From Octopus bimaculoides (lineage: Eukaryota): DNA of 64,000 nucleotides. Below the pieces are notes generated by a model that was given only the letters and a program-made list of their open reading frames with translations, was not told the DNA's origin and searched no databases. Below, in pieces: positions 39,455-51,434 of the stretch (position 1 is the stretch's first letter; the number at the start of each line of letters is the position of its first letter). The stretch lies in assembly GCF_001194135.2 (NCBI RefSeq), contig NC_068984.1, positions 20,877,789-20,941,788 of the forward strand. Reading direction: 5' to 3'. The position numbers and the translations under genes are program-made.

Positions 39455-39503
39455 GTCTCCGATTAAGGGATACATTGGATTTTCCCTGAAACAGCTGTAA
39501 GAC
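39455..39503 (+). ncRNA. Second hammerhead motif copy (U4C, G8U; probably inactive)
   Basis: GTCT-CCGATTA-AGGG..CCCT-GAAA-CAGCT-GTA-AGAC. Confidence 0.6.
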
Positions 39504-39921
39504 TTTATCCATAAAATATATTTCTAACTTTGCCATTGGTCTCTTTATCTTTTTCTCTCTTTATACATACACACGCTAATACACGACAGGCGCAAGACTA
39601 GCCGGTATATAGCACTTACTCGGTATTACCTGTATCTTTGGGTTTGGTTGAATCCAATACCCTTCATAACCTATATATATGTATATACANNNNNNNNNNN
39701 NNNNNNNNNNNNNNNNNNNNNNNNNNNNNNNNNNNNNNNNNNNNNNNNNNNNNNNNNNNNNNNNNNNNNNNNNNNNNNNNNNNNNNNNNNNTATATATAT
39801 ATATATATATATGTAAGGATTTTTAATCCAATGTATTATATTGTACGTATGAATTTGCTTCGAGACACATACTTCTCACAAACGTTTATACGTAGATATA
39901 ACACGCGCATGCGCGCGCTTC

Positions 39922-39985
<64 letters not shown>

Positions 39986-40295
39986 ATAGATATAAGGAAA
40001 TGGAGTAAAAAAAGAGGGACAGTAGAGTATATAAAATGTTGTGAGTCATTTGCGTGTTAGAGTCCGTTGCTTGACCTTTCGTGATCAGAGCTATGTATCA
40101 ATAGGTGATCAGGTCTATTGACCTTTCTTCAGATTGATCAGTGGTACCTGTTCCCGACAGCTAAGTGCCCAGAAACATAACAAAACACCATTAACGGATT
40201 TGAACACACAATCCACAAATGCCTGGGCCAATAAGGAACCTATTCGGCCTTTTTCCTTCACCCTTCTACATGCACACATACACATTCACAAGCAC

Positions 40296-40349
<54 letters not shown>

Positions 40350-41679
40350 ATCTTTTTACAGTCTATTTATACATATACATTCATAAATCCATGTGTGTGT
40401 GTGTGTGTGTGTGTGTTTATGCAAATAGACATAAATATAGATATACATACTCATAACCCTAAATATAGATATATGTGAAAATACATTTACATATACGTAC
40501 ATAAGTATATGTGCAAAGCATATATGTGTGCATATATGTACCTGTTTGCATATATGTCTGTGTAATGCATGTTTATGTAGGTCTGTGTGCGTGTGAGTTG
40601 AAATTTATGTATGTTTTTCTCCATGCTAATCTTGAGTCTACTCCATTACAAATATTTGAACCAGGTATCCGACTTGAGGAGAACATGATATGTAGGTAAC
40701 TTCTTCCTGCTGCAAAACTCTGTAGTAATTTGACTCGCTAAAAATAGAAACTAAATGCTCCTCAATTTACGCCCTGTCGCCTTAAAACAAGGACACATTT
40801 GATAATGCCATAGATAGACAAAGTCACGGCTGTTATACCTTTAATGTTAGGTTTGCATGATCAGAGTAGATTTCTTGTGAACTTCCTCACAAAACAATTG
40901 CATACTTAATCCGCTAGAAATAACAGCCAAATTTCCTTCAGCCTGCTAGAAATACCACTCAACTTACTATTCCATCTGCTAGATATAACATCCAATTTTC
41001 TTTAAATCAAACCCTACCGTTTATGATGCTAACTACAGTTAGAAAGTATTGCATAAGATACGTAAAATCTGGAAAAAAAGTACGGGATGGTCATGACTGA
41101 GATGGTTGTGGTCATTGGTTTACTGCCACATAAGTCCAGTAGAAGTCAAGTGGGCTGCTTTCTGTTTTTGGCAATCATCCCACCTCACCGTATTTGATAA
41201 GCAATGTGATTTCTTCTTTTCTCAATCTAAGTAAACATACATACACTGACGAACATAAACAACTTCATATACATATATGCACATATGCACATACACTCTC
41301 TCTCATTAATACACTTACACAGACACATACACACATATAGCCAGGCTCACACGAAACGAAACTCCGACAAGTATATATATATATATCAATAAAATAATTA
41401 TCAACATGAAACTAGTCCTGGGATCAATGTGATAAACCAAAACTCTTCTGATAGAAAAAAAATCTGACCCCAAAGAGTTTACTCTCAATTATTTGACTGC
41501 AGTCGGTAAGATAATTCTGGGATAGACTCAGTGTGATACAAGTGTAACGAGGCAGGTCCTTAAGTCATAAGCACCATCCATTCGACAGGTTCTATTTGGA
41601 ACCTTCCTTGGAGATCGTATACTCTTTCCTTTGTTCCACGGAAAAATACACTATTAATTACTTACTTAATAGGTGGTGA

Positions 41680-41855
41680 ACTGGTGGGACAGAATGCTTA
41701 GTGGCATTTTCTCTAGTCCTTTACGTCCTGAGTTCAAATCCTGCCAAGATCAGCTGTGACTTTCGTCTCTTTGAAGTCGATAAAATGAAATATCTGTCTA
41801 GTACTGGGGTTGGTATAATCGACTTGTCCCTTCCCCTCAAAATTGCTGGCCTTGA
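41680..41855 (+). mobile_element. SINE family A
   Basis: GGTGGTGAACTGG..TTTACGTCCTGAGTTCAAATCCTGCC..GTCGATAAAATGAAAT..CTGGGGTTGG. Confidence 0.75.
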
Positions 41856-41969
41856 ATTTTGCAATGAGCCAGCGTCTCGTTCAGAGGGAATGTGATCTCA
41901 GTCACTTATAATTCATAGAAACTGAGTAACCGGCCTTGGGAGTTCTAGAGCTTAATGATAATAGTAATA

Positions 41970-42010
<41 letters not shown>

Positions 42011-42029
42011 AATAATAATAATGAAAAAG

Positions 42030-42478
42030 ATGGGCTACAACAAATATACTGCTCAATACCACAGAGTTGCTTGACTATAACCTGTTGAGCATATCTCTTA
42101 TTGACTGACGATATGTGCATCTCTGATCACGAGCAGAAGTAGCTGGGGAGCATCATTGCAATGTGTTCAGAGGAATGCTTTGGCGTTTGAATAATTCACC
42201 TCTGAAAACATGGGTGTTTCGTTTACATTCTTAAACAACCCTTATTCAGGGACCTTTTGAGTAGGATAGGCTACTCGATCTGTAGAAAATTCTAACTGGG
42301 CTCCACCTGCAAGGTCATGAACTGTTTATCTTGATATGAAATCACCATATTATGCGCATATAGTTGTGATGCACGTACCTGGTGTCATCTTATCAGACGG
42401 GTAGTCATGATGGGTATACTGGACTTCGTATATTTTACCCCAGTGTCACTTTGATGGAATGCGTTGCTCTCTCGCTCA

Positions 42479-42480
<2 letters not shown>
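42030..42480 (+). repeat. Dispersed repeat of unknown class (family C)
   Basis: CTGCTCAATACCACAGA..GTTGAGCAT.TC.CTTA.TG.CTGACGATATGTGCATCTCTG recurs reverse-complemented at about 50165-50265 and in part at about 35915-35965. Confidence 0.7.
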
Positions 42481-42545
<65 letters not shown>

Positions 42546-43285
42546 GCTTTATAATCCCCAATAATATTATGCAAATTAATATTTTGATTGTTAAATGATG
42601 TTAGGTAGAAGCCTTTACAAGTAATACTTTGTCATTGGGGAGATTGAAGTCGTTGATGCTCATTTTAAGCATCTGAAGGTCGGTGTCTGCAGGGAAAAAG
42701 GTAGGCGGTGAGGAAATTCCAGAGATTCGTGGTTATTGTAGCGGAGTGATGGCTGTTATGGTGATGGCTGTTATGGTGATGGTTGGTGTTGTGGCTATAG
42801 TAGTTGCTAGTAATAGTTGTGGTGATGGTGGTAATGGTTGTGATGGTGGCGATAGTTGTGATGGTGGTGGTGATTGCTGATGTGGTGTTGTAGTTGGTGG
42901 TTATTGGGGTAGTTGGGTAATAGTTGTGCTGGTCACCGGCAGTGGTAGTGATTGTGTTGGCGGTGGTTATGGTGGTCGCTATGGTAATAACCGTTAGTTG
43001 CGGTTGATGTGTTAGTAGGGTGTTGGCGGTGGTGAAAATTGTTATATTTGTTCTGGCTGTTATTGTTTAGTCGTTGGTCATCTCTGATCGTGCAGACTTA
43101 AGATCAAAGGCATTCCAGTCGTAACCATCCCGTATTTTACTTATGTGTCGATAATCCAGTTCATTCTCGTCATTGTTTCTTCTAGGGTGGGTGGGGTGTG
43201 ATTTGAGTGAGATTTGGTTGCTATTTCGAGCGGGTAGTCAGTTTCTGGTGAAGATCTACGTTGTGATTGTGGTTGTTGGTGGTGA

Positions 43286-43346
<61 letters not shown>

Positions 43347-43349
43347 CGT

Positions 43350-43416
<67 letters not shown>

Positions 43417-43952
43417 ATGGTGGTGGTGATGGTTGCGGTGGAAGTAGTCGTAGAAATGGTGGTGGGGTGCTTGAGGTGGTAGTATAAGTAGTGATGGTGA
43501 TAGTAATAGCAGCAACAGCAGTAATAGTAGTGGTTGTAGTGGGAGTGGTGATAGTGGTGGTGGTGGTGGTGGCGGCAGCGGCGTATTCTTATTTTGGTAG
43601 AATTCTTTTTGTATTTATACGAATCAACTAGTGAGAAAGTAAGTCACGTGACGAAAACTTGGTTTGTGAAGTCAGAAAAAGAATGAATGACGGGAGATAA
43701 AGAAAGAAAGAAAGAAAGAAAGAGATAGAGTGAGAGAAAGTATGAGGACGTTAACCGAGAAAAGAAATCAGTCAGTAATAAAACAATATGGAAAGAAAAA
43801 GGAGAGGAAGAAAAAGAGAGGTAAATGAGGAAGAGAAGAAGAAAAAAACCGTAAATAAGTATGAAAGTAATTTAAAGCGATATAAAAGTTTTAGAGAAAA
43901 CCACAGAAAAAGAAGAATGAGAGAAAGAGTGGGGAGAGAGGGAGGAGACTGA

Positions 43953-43984
<32 letters not shown>

Positions 43985-44504
43985 ATGGTTGAAGGAAGAT
44001 ATATAGAAAGATGTTAGCAACAGTGTGTTGAAAGGAAGTGGATACAGTGAAACACCTACAAAGAGATTATTCAAATGAGTCACGCGTTATCGTACGTGAA
44101 CGTAAACGACGAAGCTAAGCTTGGAATTCATTGAGAAATCTCGCCTGTTACAACTATTATCAGTTTGCCTTACCCTTACTTCACCCTCTTTGTTTGTCTT
44201 CAATATGCGAGTTTCACCTTCTCTTTGCCTACTCCTTGACATTTCTTCTTCCTCCTATCTCTATCCTTGACTCATTTTTTTTTTAGTTACATTCCCACTT
44301 ATACTTTTATTACACTAAAATTTCATGTCATCTCCTTTCCTACTTCACTATATCTTTATCTCTATAAATACTAGCATGTCAAGCACCGTAGATTAGTGGT
44401 AAGACCACCGGCGAATCGGCAGTCAGCCAAGTTCGGTTCTTAGGATAGCTATTTCTGCTTCATTCAATTCTTGTATACCTGAAATTTTGGTCTTGGTTTT
44501 GGCT

Positions 44505-44581
<77 letters not shown>

Positions 44582-45169
44582 GGAGGAACTACACCAGATT
44601 GATTTAATTGCGGAAATGAATGGAATTTTCAACGGTGATCTCTTACCGCATTCATATTTGTAAGATATTTGATTTCTCAATTAAGCAAAATGCTACAAAC
44701 TGTTGGTTAAATAGAATTCAGGACTTGACTGGTTTTAGTTATTTGACAACGAAAGCATCAACAAGACATTTTCTCTGACAATCTACCGATTCTACCAACG
44801 AGAACAGTTGTCTTGGAAAGAAGGTCAATATGATGAGATCATTGATGTGGAAAATTTGAAAATTACTATAGATAGGTGATATTTTCTAGCCTAGGCCACA
44901 GTCAATTACATCGGACCCATGTTAATTACAAAGGCATTATAGATTTATCTATGTTAGAAAAAAAAACCCCCAAAAAAACTGGAGCAGAGAGATCAAGGCA
45001 AATTCTTTTGCCCTCTTGCTATAATGGACCATAGAACATATCAATAGATTTACTAACCAACATTGCGTGTTAGAACAATTGTAAACAATGCGTCTGTATA
45101 TGCTTGTGGTTATAACAAGAAGGAACAGCTATACGTACGTTTCGACTGGATTGCGACCATGTTAGGCTA

Positions 45170-45545
45170 CCGTCTTCAAAAGACGGTACCCCTGCATGGC
45201 CACAGATCAATGGCAGGTTTAGTCGATCAAATCTATCATAGTACTTATTTTAAATCTGGTATTTGATCTGTTGGACTCTTTTGATGGACAACTAAATTAC
45301 GGGGACGTAAGCAAACCATCACCGGTTGTCAAGCAGTGAGAGACAAGCACAAGCACACGCACACAGACATGTGCTTGACGGGCTACGGGCTACTCGCAGT
45401 TCCTTTCATATTCACGCGAGGCATTAGATAGCCCGAGACTATAGTAAAAGACACTTACCCAATGTGCCTCGCCGTGGGACTGTGCCTAAAAACACGTGAA
45501 TGCGAGCGAACTTCTTAACCACAAAGTCATACCTGCATCCATGAT
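45170..45545 (-). mobile_element. SINE family B, diverged, minus strand
   Basis: Reverse complement gives GTGGTTAAGAAGTTCGC..CAGTCCCACGGCGAGGCACATTGGGTAAGTGTCTTTTACTATAG, the family B head. Confidence 0.75.
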
Positions 45546-45624
45546 ATCTACAGTTTGAAATGTCTTATTTAATCGTCATTACAATGTTAGGTTTGTCTGG
45601 AAATTCGATTCTCTTTTCTTTAGT

Positions 45625-45815
45625 GCGTCGGACAAAAGTGCTTAGTAGCATTTCTTTCGGCTCTTTACGTTCTGAGTTCAAATTTTGCCTAAGTCGATCT
45701 TACCTTTCACCCTTTTGGGGTTGATAAAATAAGTACAAGTTGAGCAGTGGGGTCGATATATTCGACTTACTCCTTCCTCTAAAATAGCTGGCTTTTTGCC
45801 AAAATTTGATACCAA
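45625..45815 (+). mobile_element. SINE family A
   Basis: CTTTACGTTCTGAGTTCAAATT..CCTTTCACCCTTTTGGGGTTGATAAAATAAGTAC..TGGGGTCGAT. Confidence 0.8.
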
Positions 45816-46329
45816 TATTTACATCGACAGCTTCATTTATATGTTCTGAGAATTGTTTCAGAACTAATGGAGTTCCGTTAGAAATTATAAGTAGGTTTGA
45901 ATTTCTGAAGAATGTAACAAATGATTCTATTAACAAATGTAGATAGAATGGCGGAATTTGTAGCATGTTGGTACGATAATTTGCAAACTGACTGACTGAT
46001 TTTTGTTAAGCTCGAATGTGGTTATCGTAGCAACACCGTGGCGAATTGTCACAGTCTTTAGAATATCGGACGAAAAAACTTACGATATCTATTCACCTAT
46101 TCTTATGCTCTGACATAAAATCCTGCCGAGGCTAGCTTTTCCCTTCATCCTTCCGAGATCGATTAATAAGATATCAGTTTAAGGTAGTGAACTGGTGAAA
46201 TCGTCCAGAGTGTCTGACCGGTAGCTTTGCGGTATTTGTTTCAGCTTCTTGCGTGTCAAATTCCGCAGTGGTCTAATTATTACTTAGGCTCGTCCAGGCT
46301 GATTGGCAGAGATAGTGTAGATTGCTTTT

Positions 46330-46546
46330 ATATTTGTAGCCTTGAGTAATGTGAATATATCTGGATGTTCAGGGAACTATACGGGTTTGAACTAACTGCG
46401 GCAACTAACTGCGCTCGTATGAAGCTGTGTGTATTTTGCATAGGTACGAAGAGAATGTGTAGATAGAGCATGAACAGAAGGGGTGAAACTGCGGATCTTT
46501 GTTGTACTCCTTTCGAGAAATTAGAGGTTCTTGAAGTGTTTTTCAT
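46330..46546 (-). pseudogene. Decayed non-LTR RT fragment
   Basis: SKGVQQRSAVSPLLFMLYL resembles the RT motif GVPQGSVLSPLLFxLY. Confidence 0.5.
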
Positions 46547-46630
46547 CTACACTCATAGGCTTGGCGATCTGATAGTTAATTTGGTAGCCACTGTTTTGTT
46601 ATTTCTTCCTCGGTGAAAGGAGAGCGTTCC

Positions 46631-47090
46631 TTAAGACATCCAGAGACCCAGCAAGAATAACTGTATTATTAGCAAAATCCAGATCAGTAATCCTGGTTTC
46701 ACTAATGAACGCTCCACAACTTGATCGAACAACCATCCGGTCAAGAATCCAGGCCATGCAGGCATTGAAAAGAGTGGGAGCCTAAACACAACCTTATCAA
46801 ACCACTGAGCTGTAACTGTGAAACAGTCAGATGCTGGGCCCCCAATCCGAACTACACTAGCTGTTCCAGTATACAAAGCCACCATTGCCTAACTAGTCGG
46901 GGAGGTATAGCTCGCAGCACCAGAATCATCCAGAGTATACCCCTGTCCACCGAAGTGAACGCCTTGCAGAGGTTGACACAATTTACAAATAGCCTCTGCT
47001 GAAAACTCTGCCTTGCGCTCAATGAGTACACGGAGAGCCAAGATCCTGTCAGTATTTGACCTCTTTGGCGTAAACCCTGACTACACAGAA
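46631..47090 (-). pseudogene. RTE-clade RT fragment
   Basis: VNLCKAFTSVDRGILWMIL..ALYTGTASVVRIGGPASDCFTV..(G)VRQGCV.APTLFNACM..TRITDLDFANNTVIL after frameshift correction. Confidence 0.85.
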
Positions 47091-47689
47091 GCAAGCAGAT
47101 GATTTCATATTATGTTTTAGCATTACTCTTGCAAAGATCTAACGGGGCACTGAGAGGAGTATAACAGCCCTATAATTGTTCAGTTGTGGCGGTCACCTTT
47201 ACCTTCTCAGATAATTATGTCCTTCTAGTTAGGCGGTGTGATGCCACTGTTCGAAATTGAGCAGATGATCTGTCACAAAAATAAGACTGCAGCAGGCTCA
47301 CTTTTGCTTCATAATTTCCCCATAGATGCCACAAACACCAGCAGCTTTCCCACCTCTCAGCTGATTTACTGCCGCACAAACCTCGTCTGTGAATAGTGGA
47401 ATATGACACCATCCAAAAAAAGAACATCAATAAAACACTATACAAAGCATTATCATCAACGACAATGATTACACTCAACCTCAAATATAACCACACTGCA
47501 ACATCATATCAATTTTTTTTTGAAAATCAGCCACCTAGCAGCGAAGACAGGAACACAAAGTAAAGTGCAGTTTCTACATAGACAATAATGATTTTAGCCC
47601 TTACCTTCTATCCAGCACTTAAAAAGCAAACGGTGGATACAATGACATGCTGCAACGGCTCATGGCTCCATACCTGACCTGACCATGTT

Positions 47690-48370
47690 GTAACACATGT
47701 TTGGCAGTTTTCTGGGGGTGGGGTAATGATTTATAATTTTTTGTTACTCCATGTTTAATTGTTTGATGCTGTTCGGCTCTGGGTGGTTTTAGTGAAATGT
47801 GTTTAATATTGTTCTGTCTCTGGTTCTCATGAGATTAGCTATTTCCGGTATGTAAACAGGATACTATTTTTTGTGTTGTCTTATGGAATATGTATTATTT
47901 TACGTATATTTATAACTCTTTTCTTAAATGTACATACTGCTGTGTTGATGTTGGTGATTGTGTCGCTGCAGAATTCTGAAAAAATTGTTTTCGTTTGTCA
48001 ATGAAACTCGATCCATTGTGATATTTTAAAGCTTGTATGAAGACTTTGCTATCTTTATTTATATGCATGCTTTTGAGAGGATAATTGGTAGGTGGTCCTT
48101 GGAAAGTTAGGAACTTCTTTGCCAGGTGCATATGATAGTTTGTAGAGAAGGTGATACCTGGGGGAAAATTTTGGGGGTTAGCTTGATAATGAATGTTTGT
48201 GAATTGTTTAAGATATAAAGAGAATCTAGTTTTGTCATCTGTACTGTTTGAAAACTAGCCTTGACTGTATTGAAGCTTCTCCTAAATGATGGTGTTTGTG
48301 AGAATGTTAAATTGTTGTACTTGGAGTATAAAACTTGGTGGGACGGTTGGAGAGGTCATTGGTGCTGTGT
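47690..48370 (-). pseudogene. Probable heavily decayed Penelope-like GIY-YIG region
   Basis: Weak motifs TPSFRRSFNT, NFPPG, LYKLSY and PPPENCQTC appear in the order expected for (F)NPPF..HFPPGH..KLSYSC..CxxC of Penelope C-termini. Confidence 0.4.
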
Positions 48371-48419
48371 GTGTGTGTGCGTGCGTGCGTTTGTGTATGT
48401 GTGTGAGTGTGTGAGTGTA

Positions 48420-48461
<42 letters not shown>

Positions 48462-49006
48462 CTTATATTAATGTAATTCATGTTTTTTTTATTGCTCAGC
48501 CACATGGCCAACAAAAAGTGCAACCAAATTCCCCTGAAACACTACCCTGACATTTCCTAAAATATTTAAACATATGGAAATATACCAATACTGAATATGA
48601 TATGGCCAAAGAGAAGACGTTATGGTCACGGCTAGGATGCCAGTCAAATTTTGTGTGCATGATACCCAGGCTTATTTCTCTTGCTTCAATGCTGCCATAG
48701 AACAACTGCTAAGAATGTGTTCAAAACGGGCTTTAAAACGCCTGCAAAGGTCAGTGTCTTACAATGTCTAGAAAATATAAAAACAGCACCAAATACAATA
48801 GAGAACAAATAATCCAGAAAAATAACTGATTTTATAAAAGCTGGAAAAAATATTGCTAACACCAGTAACGATATCAAGACGTATCGTTGTTATCTCCCTT
48901 CCCTACGTCACAAGCCTGCATAAAATATATGTCAAGTATGAATGTTTCACAAAAAATATATTTATAATTATGATATAAATATTAAAATTTTTTTATAGTA
49001 AATCAC

Positions 49007-49757
49007 GGATCTAGTTCAAAACGGGGGCACCAGTTTTCATTTATGTTTTATGTAGTGTTTTTGTTACCGAAAGACTTTCAAACTTTGTATACTTATCTAT
49101 TTTGTGTTATAGAACAGAAAAAAAATTTTGTATTCGAATTTATTTCATGTAAAAAATTGTCTTATTTCGATAATTTCAACCAATCACTGACAAGTATTCA
49201 GCTGTTTACAGTTACTCCTTTGGCAGTTTAAGCGGTGTAAAGCGTATTTAATCTCCAAGGGTTAGGGTTAGAGTTAAGGTTAGGGTTAGTCCTAGAAATA
49301 GCAGCCAAATATTCCTCAAATCACGTTACATAGAAAATTAGCGAAAAGTTGTTGAACAGAAAATAAATACAAACACAGATATGCACAGCGTATATAATTG
49401 ACTTGCTCCTTCCCTCAAAAACCAAGCCTTGTGCCTATAATAGAAAGGTTTATTAGCTCCTGCCAATATGCTTCAGCCATCTTTTGACAAGGAAATAATA
49501 ATTTTATCACCGCCAGAATCGTTTGAGAACCGTTTGTTTACGTAGTCAGCACTCACTGTATTCGACTGAATGGACGTCAGTCATTGGTTGAAATTACAGA
49601 AATACGACAACTTTAACATGAAATAAGTTGCAATCTAATACTTTTTCTTAAGAAGACTAAGAGAAAAAGATGTTTTATATGACACATTCTACCAGTGTCC
49701 CAAGTTTCAAAGTGTTTCGTTAAGAAAATACTGGCGCCCCCGTTTTGAACTAGATCC
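49007..49757. mobile_element. Non-autonomous TIR element (MITE), GG termini, 8-bp TSD, TTAGGG tract; Merlin-like, related to 33742-34500
   Basis: TIR GGATCTAGTTCAAAACGGGGGCACCAG / CTGGCGCCCCCGTTTTGAACTAGATCC. TSD TAAATCAC at 48999-49006 and 49758-49765. Subterminal arms are homologous to 33742-34500 in the opposite orientation. TTAGGG variants at about 49258-49290. Confidence 0.88.
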
Positions 49758-50384
49758 TAAATCACTTACAACAATAAAAGAAAATACACATCTGTGGAAT
49801 TTTAAAAAAAACTATCATCACTCACAATATTCACGGGGCAAATAATTCAGGAAACTACATAATTCTGAATTATTTTCAAATTAGACTATAGAAATGCTTT
49901 CACAGCGGTAATGGTGTCATAACGTATAAAAATGTGAATTTAATATATAGATATTAGAAATGACATTTGTAAATTGTAATATGAAAGGCTACTACGAGAT
50001 CCACTCCTTGACGCGGTGTGCCTCAATGACTTTGAGAGCTATGCTAGCAAAGTGCAAGCTCCTGGTACGACCTCCCATGCTAGACAGGTCGAACTGATAT
50101 GAAACGCCTCTTCTCAATGGGTATGCGTTGAGCCAACATTCCTACCTACAAAAATGCAAAGTTGATTAGAGATGCATATATCATCAGCCACTAAGGGACA
50201 TGCTCAATTGGTTAAGGTGAAACAACTGACAAGCAAATCTGTGGTATTGAGTAGAATATTTACTGCAACCCATCTTTTATACTAAGACAAAAACTGCGCA
50301 TGATGATAACACTCCAAATCAATTAAGATCATAAGCCATGAGAGCCACTGCCTGGTATTGCATCAGGGCATTTATTATTATTGA

Positions 50385-50820
50385 GCTGACAGAAGCGTTA
50401 GCACTCCGGACGAAATGCTTAGCGGTATTACGTCTGTCTTTACGTTCTGAGTTCAAATTCCGCCGAGGTCGACTTTGCCTTTCATCCTTTCGGGGTCGAT
50501 AAATTAGGTATCAATTGCGTACTGGGGTCGATCTAATCGACTGCCCCCCCCTCCTCCAAAATTTTGGGCCTTGTGTCTAGAGTAGAAAAGATTATTATTA
50601 TTATGAAGGCAATGAGTTGGCAAAATCGTTAGTATGCCGGACAAAAGGCTTAGCAATAATTTCCCGGCTCAGAACGTTTCTAAGATCAAATCCGCCGAAG
50701 TCAACTTGGCCTTTCATCCTTTCCGGGTCGATAAAATAAAGTACTAGCTAAATTCTGGGAATGATGTAGTCGACGAACTCCTTTCCTCTAAAATTACAAC
50801 TCTTGTGTCAAAAATAGAAA
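50385..50820 (+). mobile_element. Two adjacent SINE family A copies
   Basis: About 50385-50590 is close to consensus (GAGTTCAAATTCCGCCGAGGTCGACTTTGCCTTTCATCCTTTCGGGGTCGATAAATT). A second copy lies at about 50605-50820. Confidence 0.9.
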
Positions 50821-51201
50821 TAATTGTTGTTGCGATTGTGGCGGCGGCGGCGGCGGCAGTGGTAGTATGGGAGTGATGATGACGATGGGGATACTGAGCG
50901 TGGTGCCGATGATGATGCGTTCGTATTGTTTTTAGTTTTTGTTGTTGTTGCTAAGCATAAATAAAGGCTTCCTTCAAGTACGAGGAAATGCTTTAGATTG
51001 ATAAAGATCTTTGCATACTTTAGGGGCCAAAAACCAGGTTTTCCTTTCCAAAATTTAGTAAGGAAATATTTTCGTAGCATTTCTTACTTTCGTTCTATTT
51101 CTTTAATTTCCCCCTTCATTTTCTGTCGTCCCGCATACCTACCTACCTACCTACCTACCTACCTACCTACCTACCTACCTACCTACCTACCTACCTACCG
51201 C

Positions 51202-51254
<53 letters not shown>

Positions 51255-51377
51255 ATGTCTGTCTGTCTGTCTGTCTGGTCGTCTATCAGTCTGTTTGTCT
51301 GCCTCACCGTCTGTTTGCCCATATACATACATGCATACATACATGCATGCATGCATACATACATACATACATACATA

Positions 51378-51434
<57 letters not shown>

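Larger units (their letters stand above)
39201..39563. repeat. Foldback: ~135-bp near-identical inverted arms, 89-bp spacer, each arm carrying a hammerhead motif
   Basis: 39201-39340 matches the reverse complement of 39430-39563 with few differences. Confidence 0.92.

Noticed and set aside
40085-40135. Minus-strand CTGAAGA-AAGGTC-AATA-GACCT with ATCAAT/ATTGAT flanks as a hammerhead
   Set aside because: GAAA is replaced by GATC and there is no room for stem III or an NUH triplet.
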